64,000 bases of DNA from Tubiluchus corallicola. Its lineage: Eukaryota; Animalia; Priapulida. The translations under genes and the position numbers were made by a program. A model generated the notes under the pieces. The model had not been told where the DNA came from. It ran no database searches and was given only the letters and a program-made list of their open reading frames with translations. Below, one piece after another: positions 26,620 to 38,676 of the stretch (position 1 is its first letter; each line of letters opens with the position of its first letter). The stretch is from assembly GCA_030141605.1 (NCBI GenBank), contig JAQGDQ010000596.1, forward strand, positions 62,001-126,000. Reading direction: 5' to 3'.

Positions 26620-28345
26620 GTGTGACTATCGTGAAGCCCTCAATCTCTCCTTAAAAGTGTTTAAATTCGATGCACTAACCACTTTTCCTGGCAAACTATT
26701 CCAATTGTTCACTAAACGGTGTGAAAAAATGAACTTTTGCAATTAATTCTTGCATATGGTTATACACTTTCTTAGAATGACCGTGAGTGGACATCAGAGG
26801 TGCAGCCTTAAATAGTGTATCACAACTAACACGGTTGTCTCCATTTATGTACTTGAATACTTCATACAAGTCAGCTGTTTCTCTTCTCTGTTGGAGTGAA
26901 CAAATCTCAGGACGCAAATCAGCTGCATAACATAATCGCAGGCACCTATCTTGAACTTTCTGCAATCTCTTGATGTCGAACTGTAAAGATGGTGACCATA
27001 CGACACCAGAATATCCTAATAATGGTCACACATAAGCTTTGTAGAAAATTAACACCTGCTTAGGATCCCAATTAACAAAACATCTTTTAATCAATCCAAT
27101 CATATGATTTGGTGATATGTGCAGCAGGCTTCAGATCATTAGGTATAATCACACGTAGGTCTTTGTGTTGGCTCACTGCCAGACAAGCAATAGTGTGATG
27201 AAACTTGATCTTTAAGTTACAACACTATACATTTATCTGCATTAAACTGTAATAACTATTTATCAGACCAGGCTTCCAGATGAAATAATTCTTGTTGTAA
27301 ATGTACTGAACCTTCTATTGTCAGAACTCGACGAGAGATTTTTGTATCGTCAGCAAACATACTAATCTCTGAAGCAACTAAATCTGGCAAATCATTGGCA
27401 AATAGCAGTAATAAAACAGGACCCAGTATAGACCGTTGTGGAATGCCGCTAGAAAGAAAGCACCACTTGGAAGATGTACCATTAATTGCTGCTCAGTGTC
27501 TATGACTTGACAAAAATGCTTCAAACCACTTGAGAATATGCCTCTGATGCCTGAGTAATACAATTTAATTATTAGTCGCTGGTGTGCAACAGTGTCAAAT
27601 ACTTTGCTGACGTCCAAATAAATCACATCCATGCCTTCCCCCAAATTATACATACTGATGTCCAGTCATCAAGAACTTCCACAAGGTTGGTACTGCACGA
27701 CTTTCCTCTCTGAAAACCACAGTTTCTAGAGTTGATAAGATTTTCTTCCATGCAGAAGCCCATCAGTTGTTGTTGAATTAAACGTTCCAATGTCTTAACA
27801 ACAATGCTAGTCAATGATATGGTCAAGGATAAGTGAGTACTTTGGGACCTTTCTTTGGCATAGGAGAAACATTAGCATCACGGCAATCCTGAGGCAAACA
27901 AGGACAATCTATAGACTTCCTGAACAACAGGAAAAGTGGTTTTGCCAGTGTTTCTGTCCAATTCTTCAAAATGGTGGTATGAACTCTTTCATGACTTTTC
28001 GCTATTGTCTCATTAGCTGGTCATATAGTGTTTGTATTGTATTGTATATGTATATTGTATTGACATCATCGATTACACTACTAGGAGAAGGACCGACACA
28101 CCGAGGAATTAAATCTGAAGACTCTTTAATAAACACTGAAGCAAAAAAGTCATTCAATGCATTAGCCTTATCGGAATCATCTATCAGAACTTTATTATCT
28201 GGTCCTAATAAGGAATCTATGGAATTCTTTGGCTTAGTAAATTGTTTCTTGTAACTAAAGAACTTCATTAGATTAGTTCTTATACTCTGTACGAGGTTGT
28301 TCTCATAAACTTTCCTAGACTTTATTAATGTGTCCATGAGATGTT
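26620..28345 (-). mobile_element. Decayed CR1-clade non-LTR retrotransposon (LINE) ORF2 reverse transcriptase remnant
   Basis: Frameshifted segments DKANALNDFFASVF, ISLTSIVVKTLERLI, GFQRGKSCSTNL, DVIYLDVSKVFDTVAHQRL, MFADDTK (about 27340-27360) and QKVQDRCLRL..RRETADLYEVFKYING occur in the expected order. Confidence 0.9.
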
Positions 28346-29586
28346 TTGAAGTATTGTTGAACAACATTTTATGTGCATGAAAGTGAAAATGATTGGTATG
28401 CATTAAAATTATAATTTAATAAAGTAATAGAATTTTTAAGGCGATTTTTCTGAAACCCACTTCAAGTACCTCTTTCCTTTATCGTTTTCGTCCTTAATGC
28501 TGTTACTTCTCCTGTTGCCGCCCGAAGAATGCTGTCAGAATTGCATAAAAATAACTCGAGTTATGTTAAACGAACAGCAAAAGGTTTTCCCTATTGATTT
28601 ATACGTTAGTGAGACACATGTTTAAGGTGTTGTATTTTTTATTTTATATTACACCTAGTGACGAATTATAACTCCTTTTCGCCGTTTAATAGAAAATTAA
28701 TATTCGTAGTTGCCTTTTGGGGCAGTGGCAATGTAGAATGTGATTAAAGTGGATGTGACATACGCTACTACGTGAAGTTACTTTGCACATGTGCAGCTGT
28801 TATGGCATTGGCAACCCAGTCATGCGCTATTTCACACTCATACACATTTTAAGCTGTACAAACTGATGTCAGAAAACTAGGTTATCTGTAATTACTTGCA
28901 CTTTGAGAAGATAAATGTCTATGTCTAAGCTATTGATCAGCAAACTTAATATTTTACGATAATTGAGATCACAAAGAATGAATGAATTAGAGCTTTGACA
29001 ATTATTCATAATGAAAGCTACTATTCAATTATCAAAATCATCTAAGGACCGAAGGCGAAGTTATCTAAATGTTAAAGTTAAATTTGTGAACTGCATATAA
29101 AATAACCTGTAATTTCTAGGCTTATAACTATAAGGCCCTATATATTATGGGAATATAGCTGACCTTGAGAAAACTGATATCATAACAATAAGCAGAATTA
29201 AAATTAAACACAAAAAAGTTATCCTTTTTCTTTTCCTTTTTCTACTTCAATAATTCACTATTTTCTACAACAAAATGAACATGCATATTTGTTAAATATT
29301 ACTTTTGTCAAATATTTGCTGTGACTGCCCTTAACCACATGGTGATTTCAAAGAATGATCGTGGTCATAGTGTTGGAAAATTAGAGATGTACAATGGAGT
29401 ATCATAGATTGTATACTCCAAAAACGAGACGATTTAGCAAAAATTGCATCTCCTTTTTTTCAGATACTTAAAAATGTTTTTATAGCTAAGACTTCAAATT
29501 TTCAGTTAAGCAACTTGATCTGGCTGATTTCTTCTCCGTGTAAAACAGCACAAGAGCTAGACAAAGCTTCTTGAGCCAAGCTCAAC

Positions 29587-30597
29587 ATGACTGACACAAT
29601 GTACTACAAGTGCACTGTTTGCTCAGAATATTTCTTAAGCGAAGCTAATTTTTTCTGCCATACAAGAATTTGGCACTGTAAAGTATTGGTTTCAGCGGGA
29701 CAGACGACTATCGCTCCAGACGACCATAATACTGTGCAAGTTAAGAGTGAACCAGATGATATAAATGACCAAACAAGTTCCTTTGCTTTTACGGAGCGAG
29801 TCACATGGCCTTCTGCAATACCAGATGATTCACTCAACATACCACAATGTAACGGTGAACAGCAAGAAAGTTGCACAGAAAAAGAAAGTTATAAACGAGG
29901 ATTGTCATCTGAGTTTTGTTATGATGTCGATTCTTGCAAACCTGCTTCTAATTTTATTCCACGTTTGACTGACGAAGACGATGCATCACACTCTGAGAAG
30001 TCGTTTCCATGTTACAGAGAAACAGCATCTCATATAACTGACGAAAGTTCGTTAATAAAATCCAACTTTATTTCTTCGTGCAGCTCACAAAATACTTCAT
30101 CGACGGGCCTTGTTTCTTCTGTAAATAGTTCACACAGTGTAGCATCTACAGATCTTCTTCGTCTTTCACATTCCTCACATAGCACATTACCTACAGGTCT
30201 TATTCCTTCATCAAACAGCCCCAATACTGAATTGCCTATAGGCAGTCTACGTGGTGTGTCAGCTACAAATGCATTCGCTGTTACAAACAAACGTGCGTCG
30301 GGTGTTTCCAAAAAATCATTCTGCTGCAGTTTGTGCAAACTGTTATTTAATTCGATTAGTGACCTGAGATACCACGAAAAACATCAATGCCTGAACTCTG
30401 GCAGGTTTCTGCACAAATGCAAAGTGTGCAATCATGTATTCAAACGAGCTTACCATTTACGAAGACACGAGAATATTCACACAGGAGAGAAACCTTACGT
30501 TTGTGATCTGTGCAGCTGCAAGTTTAACCGCAGTGACCATCTGAACAAACATAAGCGTCAGTTTCATTATGTATCACTGTTAACACTGCCACATTAA
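29587..30597 (+). CDS. C2H2 zinc-finger protein (paralog B): isolated N-terminal finger, Ser-rich linker, three C-terminal fingers
   Basis: 336-aa single-exon ORF; YYKCTVCSEYF..HTRIWHCKV; CKVC..RAYHLRRHENIH-TGEKPY-VCDLC..RSDHLNKHKRQFH; candidate acceptors upstream ending at 29463 and 29505. Confidence 0.9.
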   Translation: MTDTMYYKCTVCSEYFLSEANFFCHTRIWHCKVLVSAGQTTIAPDDHNTVQVKSEPDDINDQTSSFAFTERVTWPSAIPDDSLNIPQCNGEQQESCTEKESYKRGLSSEFCYDVDSCKPASNFIPRLTDEDDASHSEKSFPCYRETASHITDESSLIKSNFISSCSSQNTSSTGLVSSVNSSHSVASTDLLRLSHSSHSTLPTGLIPSSNSPNTELPIGSLRGVSATNAFAVTNKRASGVSKKSFCCSLCKLLFNSISDLRYHEKHQCLNSGRFLHKCKVCNHVFKRAYHLRRHENIHTGEKPYVCDLCSCKFNRSDHLNKHKRQFHYVSLLTLPH

Positions 30598-30913
30598 AAC
30601 AAGTGAGAACTTAGTGATCATCTGAACAAACATAAGCGTCAGTTTCATCATGTGTCACTGTTCACATTGCCGCATTAAAACAAGTGAGAACTTAGTGATC
30701 ATCTGAACAAACATAGGCGTCAGTTTCATCATGTGTCACTGTTCACACTGCCACATTAAAACAAGTGAGAACTTAGTGATCATCTGAACAAACATAAGCG
30801 TCAGTTTCATCATGTGTCACTGTTCACACTGCCACATCAAAACAATTGAGAACTTAGTGATCATCTGAACAAACATAAGCGTCACTTTCATCATGTATCA
30901 CTGTTAACACTGT
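30532..30913 (+). repeat. 81-bp tandem repeat, about 4.7 copies, starting inside the last zinc finger and spanning the stop codon
   Basis: Units start at 30532, 30613, 30694, 30775 and 30856. Confidence 0.95.
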
Positions 30914-31004
30914 CATTATCAATATGTCTTCCATAACATCATTTCCCACAGTTTTCTAACATCAGCAGAATTTATTCAGTCTACAAATTGTACAGTATCT
31001 TGGC

Positions 31005-31553
31005 TAGGTTTACCATACGTCCGGGTTTCCCCGGACACGTCCTCTTTTTGGGCCTCTGTCTAGGCGGGTTTTCAAAAAATCGGCAATTTGTCCGGGTTTT
31101 GCCCGGGGTATGTACGGACGCTCCAACTGCAGAGGCATAGGACAGTACGAGACAAAGAAAAGCTCGTTAATTTTCAATATAAGATGTTGCTAACATCTCA
31201 AAATGCAACCCTTGTAAAAGCTTTGTGTACGTGTTTACTGAACAAAAGTAAGCGATGCGCACATCACTACGGGTCACACCGCTGTCGATACTCGGCATAT
31301 TCGCTAACGACTTAAAATGGCGTCAGCTTCCGGGAGCCATTTTGTTTCTTTTTATGTGAATTTCTTTAAATTTGTATAGTTTCACCGTTTTGCAGTTTTG
31401 AGCAACTGGTAAAAGTTAATTAGAAAGTAGTATTCGTAGGCCTATTTGTATAATTTGCATTGTTTTAATAGACCCTAGACTGGTCATTTTTGCCTACTTA
31501 CAAGTGTGCGAAAAAGTGTCCTCTTTTTCAACTCAGACAATATGGTAACCCTA
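31005..31553. mobile_element. hAT MITE (Blackjack-like TAGGGTTACCATA TIR)
   Basis: TAGGTTTACCATA...TATGGTAACCCTA ends; perfect 8-bp TSD ATCTTGGC at 30997-31004 and 31554-31561; subterminal GTCCGGG motifs. Confidence 0.9.
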
Positions 31554-31791
31554 ATCTTGGCAAACTATCATTGTTTCATAACAAGTAAAAATGTATGCTT
31601 GTACAGTTGTATAATTTTTGTATCGTTCTACAATTCCTTACACAAAGTGTGTATTCAATGTACAGCATCTCAAAATTCGCCTCTCTTTAAATTCACCAAT
31701 AAAGCGTGTTATCCCAGTATCTATAACAATGAACACAGTGTTAATGGACTTTTTCATTAATAACTGCTGTCAGTGTTTAAGCAAAATCAGG

Positions 31792-32090
31792 ATGTAGTGG
31801 TTACAGGAATTACGATTGCATACTTAATAATGTTATTTGCATTTATATACATGTGCGTACTTGAAGCATTAAAAACGCAATTTAGCATAGATTTATAAAT
31901 GTATGTTACTGTTAATAATGGTAGTAATCAGTATGTAATGGTTACAGGAATTACGATTGCATACTTAATAATGTTATTTACATTTATATATATATATATA
32001 TGTGTGTGTGTTTGTGTATATGTACTTGAAGCATTAAAAACGCAATTCAACATAGATTTATAAATGTATGTTACTGTTAATAATGGTAAT
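31792..32090. repeat. Direct duplication of about 140-160 bp
   Basis: GGTTACAGGAATTACGATTGCATACTTAATAATG...GTTAATAATGGTA present twice in tandem; second copy has a (TA)/(TG) expansion. Confidence 0.88.
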
Positions 32091-32561
32091 AAAAACTGTC
32101 TAATGCATTTTTTAACATTTATAAAAGGCCTGAAATGAATGTCTATTATTTATAGTTACAAGTAACAAGATATATAATATATGTGTGTATATAATATATA
32201 TGTGTACAACTGTCAGCTGCTGACTAGTCAAACTTGTGTAGCTTGTATGAACTGTAAGGGCTTTTACAGTTTTACATAATTGCTGCTAGGGTCGCTGTAA
32301 TTTCAATCCACAGAAATAAATTTTATGTGTTCGTGTTATAAATAATGCCTGTTTAAGTGTATATATTCCAAAGTAAACATTTCGGTGACATCACAATGGT
32401 CAATAGGCTGTATACAGTGCAAGATTAATTTTGTAATTCCTCGATAAGCCTTTTCACAGTTCCAGCGACCGATGATGATTGTGAAAAGGTCAAAGGTTAA
32501 ATGTACCAGACAATGCATTTGTGTACACTTGGCAACACCTTGCAGCCCATCCTACTTTGAT

Positions 32562-32880
32562 AGTAACAGTTCTAACGTGCTTTAACAGCTAGCTAGAACC
32601 TTACTAGTTCATTTTTTCTCGTTCCCTGGCAAGATCCTGCTAATAAATCACTCTATGAAAAGGCTAATGCATAGATCCATATTAACTTGGTTGTAATTTT
32701 ATTATTGCCTGCAATAAAGTTGGAATGAATAATTAAGCATAAAACAACTGAAGTTACTGAACTAATGCAGCAGACGGCTTTGCTTTACACACACACATCA
32801 CGTGACAATTGTAGTTAAAACACGTTGCTGTGGTGCACTTAACCTTTGACCTACAGCAACAACGAAACTGTGAAAAGGCT
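32562..32880 (+). repeat. Dispersed repeat; second copy at about 41773-42035 in ALG14 intron 2
   Basis: Shared blocks AAGATCCTGCTA..AAATCACTCTA and GCTGTGGTGCACTTAACCTTTGACCT. Confidence 0.8.
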
Positions 32881-32933
32881 TGTCGTTCTACAGGTGTAAT
32901 TAAATTTATTTGCAGGTGCAAATCTGACGCCAC

Positions 32934-33680
32934 ATGGATCAGTTGATTAGGTTTATTATTGGTACCATACTGCTTGTAATTAGCAATTCTGTTTCCGAGC
33001 GAACTCTTCAAAGTGAAAGTATGCAAGATGGAAAACTGAATGAAACACAAACTGATGATGCTTCAAAACCAGACGTATCCCATAATGCTACTAATGAAAC
33101 TTCGCCCCTGGAGGTGTATCAGAAATTGTTTCTACTGAAACGTGCCAATCAGCTCGATGCTACTAGTTCAATAGCGCAAATGGACGAATACGCTTCGCAG
33201 TACAAAATGTTAAAACTAGTCGTCGAAAAAGTGTTCGAAATTCTTAGCAAAGGTGAAATCATCATACGGGAAGCAGGATTTTCCCCGGGAGATCCGTTTC
33301 CCGAAAACGAGCAGCTACGGGAAGGAATTTCCCACGTCCTGGAAAATACAGCAATGTTTGGAAACCTTTTGCTACGATTTCCGGACAAAGTTCATCTAAT
33401 GTACGACAAAAAGCACGAGTGGCATTTGATCATAAAATGGGCAATCGGGTTTTCGAACGACACAATGTTTTACCCAAAACAAGAGAGACGGCTGCTTCAT
33501 TTAATGGCTCAAGAATTAGATATCATTGAACGAGATGCGAATTATGTGAACCCTTACACAGCCCAGTACATGGAGAAAGTGAAAGAAATGAATAAACAAG
33601 AAGAAACTAAAGTTAAGAAAAAAGAGAAAGAGAAAAAGCATAAAAAGGGTCCCAGATTATCAAAGAGAACTGAATTATGA
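32934..33680 (+). CDS. CCDC134: Coiled-coil domain-containing protein 134 (ER-luminal), single-exon CDS
   Basis: Signal peptide; YQKLFLLKRANQLDA, SHVLENTAMFGNLLLRFPD, WAIGFSN and LMAQELDI..NYVNPY motifs; Lys-rich tail ending KGPRLSKRTEL (KDEL-like retention signal); acceptor TTTGCAG 18 nt before the ATG. Confidence 0.93.
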   Translation: MDQLIRFIIGTILLVISNSVSERTLQSESMQDGKLNETQTDDASKPDVSHNATNETSPLEVYQKLFLLKRANQLDATSSIAQMDEYASQYKMLKLVVEKVFEILSKGEIIIREAGFSPGDPFPENEQLREGISHVLENTAMFGNLLLRFPDKVHLMYDKKHEWHLIIKWAIGFSNDTMFYPKQERRLLHLMAQELDIIERDANYVNPYTAQYMEKVKEMNKQEETKVKKKEKEKKHKKGPRLSKRTEL

Positions 33681-33887
33681 AATTATCATCCATATAAGTT
33701 TGCAAATTGTTTTATAATTGGTAATTAGATTGTCTAGTTTTCAAAGTAACCCACTTACTGGGTTCGGGTTCGTAGTTTGACATGAATTGAGTGCAGCTCT
33801 GGCACAAATCGCTAATGTATTTTGGAATACGGTATAACATCATTATAGCGAATCTGCAAGGGACCCAGAAGAAAGTACTCTATAAAC

Positions 33888-34298
33888 CAGGTCTGTGCAG
33901 TCGGAGCCGGTAGTAAATTTACTGCTAAAGTAGTTGGAGTTGTTAAAACTCAGGGTTTTGGAGGCGGAGTCAGGAAAAATAGACAAACTCAAACTCGCTT
34001 TTAAGTTTTAACACATTTACGTCCCAATATGGAAAGCTTTCGTATTGGTGTCTATGCAGCTAGACTGTTTTTCGAGCATAAGAAGTAGTGATGAAATGCC
34101 ACTGTAGCTAAATATTAAGAGTACTGCAAACTATTACTTAAAGGCAGGAGTCGGAGTTGAGGCTCCAAAAATTTTAAGAGTCAGAGTTGGAGTGGGATTT
34201 GAAATTTTAGGAGCTAGAGTCAGAGTTGTGATCTAAAATTCTAGGAGCCGGAGTCGGAGCCAGAATCAGGAGTTTAATGTGCCGATTCCACAGCCCTG
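33888..34298. mobile_element. hAT-type MITE with GGAGTCGGAG subterminal motifs, probably in the CCDC134 3' UTR
   Basis: CAGGTCTGTGCAGTCGG...CCGATTCCACAGCCCTG ends; 8-bp TSD CTATAAAC/CCATAAAC. Confidence 0.8.
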
Positions 34299-34627
34299 CC
34301 ATAAACGAGGTACTCTATAAACATATGCGCCTAATCATATGTATGTGACTACAAGATAGGTGGAGAAACATATATTAATAATGGAAGTGTATAATTATTG
34401 TACAATGTGTGGCTTCATAGAGGATGTTCAATGAAAAGTATTTTTAGTGACTTCAATAAACTAAAATTTTTCGAATGTTTGATATTATATTGCGTGTGGA
34501 CATTCAGTTGTAAATTTATGACATCTTCAGTAATGTTAATGAGATTAAAAAAAAGTCAGTCAATTTTGTTTGCACAAAATTTCTGTTTGTTTCTCGTGTA
34601 AAAAGTTTTTGCAGTAAGATTCATCAT

Positions 34628-35254
34628 TTGATGAAACATCTCAGTAGTGAGCTTCCTACGTACGTATATAAAACAGCCGTGTGTCAAGCTGCTGACTGAC
34701 TCATTGTTTTCATACAGTAAGTACACTAGATGACCTTCACTTGATGAAACATCTCAGTAGTGAGCTTTCCTACGTAGGAATGTAAAACAGCCGTGTGTCA
34801 AGCTGCTGACTGAATACATCTCAGTAGTGAGCTTTCCTACGTACGCATGTAAAACAGCCGTGTGTCAAGCTGCTGACTGACTCATTGTTTTTATACAGTA
34901 AGTAGACTAGATGACCTTCACTTGATGAAACATCTCAGTAGTGAGCTTCCTACGTACGTGTGTAAAACAGCCGTGTCAAGCTGCTGACTGACTCATTGTT
35001 TTTATACAGTAAGTAGACTAGATGACCTTCACTTGATGAAACATCTCAGTAGTGAGCTTCCTACGTACGTATGTAAAACAGTCGTGTGTCAAGCTGCTGA
35101 CTGACTCATTGTTTTCATACAGTAAGTAGACTAGATGACCTTCACTTGATGAAACATCTCAGTAGTGAGCTTTCCTACGTACATATGTAAAACAGCGGTG
35201 TGTCAAGCTGCTGACTGACTCATTGTTTTCATACAGTAAGTACACTAGATGACC
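34628..35254. repeat. About 113-bp tandem repeat, 5-6 copies, one truncated
   Basis: TTGATGAAACATCTCAGTAGTGAGC units at 34628, 34741, 34922, 35033 and 35146, plus an internal partial unit. Confidence 0.95.
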
Positions 35255-36044
35255 GTTTAATATGACATTAACAACTCCGCATGCTGCATGCCCAAGTAGC
35301 CAACAGTTTTTTACAGCACCAGGAATGTTGAGCTTTATTTAACTCTAAATTACTTTGCAAATATCTGGCAAGGGTAACGTATGCAATAAGAACTTATTAA
35401 TATATAGCAATGCAGACAATAGTACCCGAGTAAAAGCTCAATATATGCAGTTACCGAGTTCGCTGTATTCAAAGCTATTATACTAGCTAAACCAACGATG
35501 AAAGTTCATTGTTTTCTATCAGTTCGCATTACCGATGTGTACACCATAAACCATATTCGCTATAATGGTGTTATACTGTATGTAATGTATGATAATAACA
35601 CATTTCATTATTCCGCTGTTTTACTTATCGATTTCGTAAAAACTGCATTACCGCTTCAAGTTATGAATTCAAATAAAATGTTTATTTTTACCAAAACATG
35701 TATGACACAGTTTCTCAGAGCTTAAAAGAGCAAACAGACATGGCAATCGTATAGATGACACAAGTTTTATGAATTGATACTTCAGACACTTGAAATATGC
35801 ACAGTTTATTTACAAGGCACAGTTTGCATAAGGCACAGGCTTTTTGTTGTGTATGATGCTACTTTTCGATTAATATAATCAATACATTAACACAACTGAA
35901 AGTGATTGCAAAAACTTCACTTGAAACACTATTGATATATTTTATAAAATAAGAAACAAACTTGGAAGGTAATAACGAGTTCATTTACTTGTTATAATAA
36001 ACTCAAAATGAGTGGAAAAACACTTGAAACACTACTGATGTAAA

Positions 36045-36678
36045 TGTGTGCTTGCAAACCAAAACCATCCATAAGTCGGCATAATTAAAACTACGTCACG
36101 ATGCTTCAAAGTAGAATGCACCAAAAATTTGTTCAAATGTCAATTTTTTGTTTTTTTTTATAAAAACAAATGCTAAATATATTGGACTCTTATGGCATCA
36201 AATTATCAAGAAATGTTCGAAAAATACGCCAAAAACCTAATTTTATAACACCATACCCACTTTTCTCGCTAGAAACGAGTATTTTCAAACTCGGATAGTA
36301 GCCCGTGGAAGCAGACATTTTGCTTAGAGTTTTTTCTGTTTCCTGCCTTGACTCGAGGTCAATTGCAAAGCCCAGATTTTCATTAGGAAGAGCCATCTAG
36401 TGGACTTAAAAGTAACTTCAATGTGTTCTTGGAAAGTCCATAGCAACCAACATTTGTGCACTTGCTAAGTGTTTAGTAGAAATGCAACAAAAAACAATGG
36501 CTAACAGTAATTTCTTCAAGATTATGTTTTTCAGTGCATAGTGTGCACCTCAACTTCAACACACTTTAGAAATTACACAGAGTGATCAACTTGGTATCAA
36601 AATGATCCTCATGAAATGAACATTCAGGATAAATGAATATCTGCTGACTTGTGGACGATTCTGCTATGTAAGCAAACA
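36045..36678. mobile_element. Non-autonomous TIR element with TGT...ACA ends, uninterrupted copy
   Basis: Imperfect about 32-bp TIRs (TGTGTGCTTGCAAACCAAAACCATCCATAAGT); colinear with 52768-53243 plus 54565-54755. Confidence 0.7.
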
Positions 36679-37026
36679 TTTGGAAAAATTAAAAAACTTG
36701 GAAAGTGATAACGAGTTGATTTATTTTCGTTTATCTGTATACTTGTATAGCAAACAAGTATTTATTTGTTTACTTATTTACTTTTGTTTTGAAGATAAAT
36801 AGCAAGTAAATGCTTATTTAACCAGGAAAACAAACTTAAAAAACAAATATTACACTTTACTGCTGTCTCGTACATTTATAATAAATATACTCAAATTTTA
36901 TTTACAAGATATATGCATCGAAAACTTACAGATTATGTCTTTAGCAACACAAATTACCAGAAACAATTTAAACAAGATTCTTACTCTCTGAAATAGAGAA
37001 ATACTTTTTGGCTCAATGTGTGACTA

Positions 37027-37197
37027 TCAAAATAATCGACCGACGTACCGGCAACGTGGATATTGTAGTTCCAGTGATGGCCATTGTACTAATATGTAGT
37101 CTGCAAACCAGTAAAGAATCTTTCCAGACAGCGACAATGTTTTTACTCGGCAAATGCTTTCCACAAAAACTATTTTCACTTGTCTGATGAATAGCAC
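37027..37197 (-). CDS. ALG14: ALG14 UDP-GlcNAc transferase subunit, coding exon 5 (last)
   Basis: VLFIRQVKIVFVESICRVKTLSLSGKILYWFADYILVQWPSL..YVGRLF*; acceptor TTTAAACAG at 37199-37198. Confidence 0.93.
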   Translation of the reverse strand: MLFIRQVKIVFVESICRVKTLSLSGKILYWFADYILVQWPSLELQYPRCRYVGRLF

Positions 37198-37272
37198 CTG
37201 TTTAAAAAATTTGTACTGTAACATACATTCTTAGTTTAAACAAGAAATCAATATTTCTTAAAGTACTATGTA

Positions 37273-37828
37273 CAGTAAACTATGTACGACTCGACCCAGT
37301 GTAACTCAAATTCTTGCGTATCTCGGATGGATCTCGTGGAATGGATTTTCCCTTTCATTTTTCCCTTTACCAAACTTCGTGTAACTCAAAATCTGCAAGT
37401 CGAATTATCGCGTAACTCAAACCGATTTCCCAGTATGATTTACAAGAATTTGACTGAAAAAATAACCCCGCCCATCTCAAACAAACTCCCAAGTGAGAAA
37501 TCCTACGCGAAAGTGTAGAAGAACGCTGAACACAACATGACTTAACGAACGTGCTTTAATGTAGATCACAATATTATTATTGCCAAATTCTATTAATCAT
37601 GCTACTCAGACTGCAATAGAGGTGGACCAGTCATTTTACTTTCGATTATTCATAAAAACTGTCTAATATTTGATTAAAGGCCCAGTTTGTCATTTTCACA
37701 GGCAGCAGCGTTACTAGTTTATTATCCGTCATTGATGAGTGACTCAATCTTGTTTTCTTACGAACGTTGTCTAACTCGGACAAATTTTCCGTTCCGGAGG
37801 TGTTCGAGTGGAACGTAGTAGTTTACGG
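37273..37828. mobile_element. Tc1/mariner-pogo (Tigger-like) MITE, degenerate
   Basis: TA|CAGTAAAC start, repeated TAACTC subterminal motifs, degenerate GTTTAC end. Confidence 0.5.
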
Positions 37829-38160
37829 AAGGTCATTCTCCGTACCTACAAATGAAGCCGTACGAATGCTAGTCACAAACACAAACACTACTTCCTGTAG
37901 CTCTATAAGTTAATTTATCTCTGAAAATTCCACCACCGATGCTGCACCTTAATACTGTAGTAGAGTAATCCTAAAATGAAAAGAAACTTCTACTGTGCAT
38001 CGAGTCATGCAGTCTACGTAATCTGCTTCATTTTGGCTTCCTCGCTCATCACATGATCTCATTTCATAGCCAAGGAAACTAATCTCATACGCATAAAAGC
38101 AAAGTGATCAGATTCAAAAGCAAACCTAGGTGTTACGCAACGTGAGATTAAGCCGTTATA

Positions 38161-38676
38161 GTTATAGAAGCATGTTCTAACGAATCCACAAGTTATACAA
38201 GCATATTCTAACGAATCCACAAGTTATACAAGCATGTTCTAACGAATCCACAAGTTATACAAGCATGTTCTAACGAATCCACAAGTTAAACAAGCATGTT
38301 CTAAGGATTCTACAAGTTATACAAGCATGTCCTAACGAATCCACAAGTTATACAAGCATGTTCTAAGGATTCCACAAGTTATACAAGCATGTCCTAACGA
38401 ATCCACAAGTTATACAAGCATGTTCTAACGAATCCACAAGTCACACAAGCATGTTCTAACGAATCCACAAGTCATACAAGCATGTTCTAACGAATCTACA
38501 AGTTATACAAGCATGTTCTAACGAATCCACAAGATATGCAAGCATGTTCTAACGAATCCACAAGTCATACAAGCATGTTCTAAGGAATCCACAAGTTATA
38601 CAAGCATGTTTTAACGAATCCACAAGTTATACGAGCATGTTCTAAGGAATCCACAAGTTATACAACCAGGTTCTAA
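38161..38676. repeat. 31-bp minisatellite, about 16 copies, in ALG14 intron 4
   Basis: AAGCATGTTCTAACGAATCCACAAGTTATAC unit, highly homogeneous. Confidence 0.96.

Noticed and set aside
30532-38676. 81-, 113- and 31-bp arrays considered as CRISPR-like
   Set aside because: Head-to-tail units without unique spacers, no cas genes, eukaryotic context.
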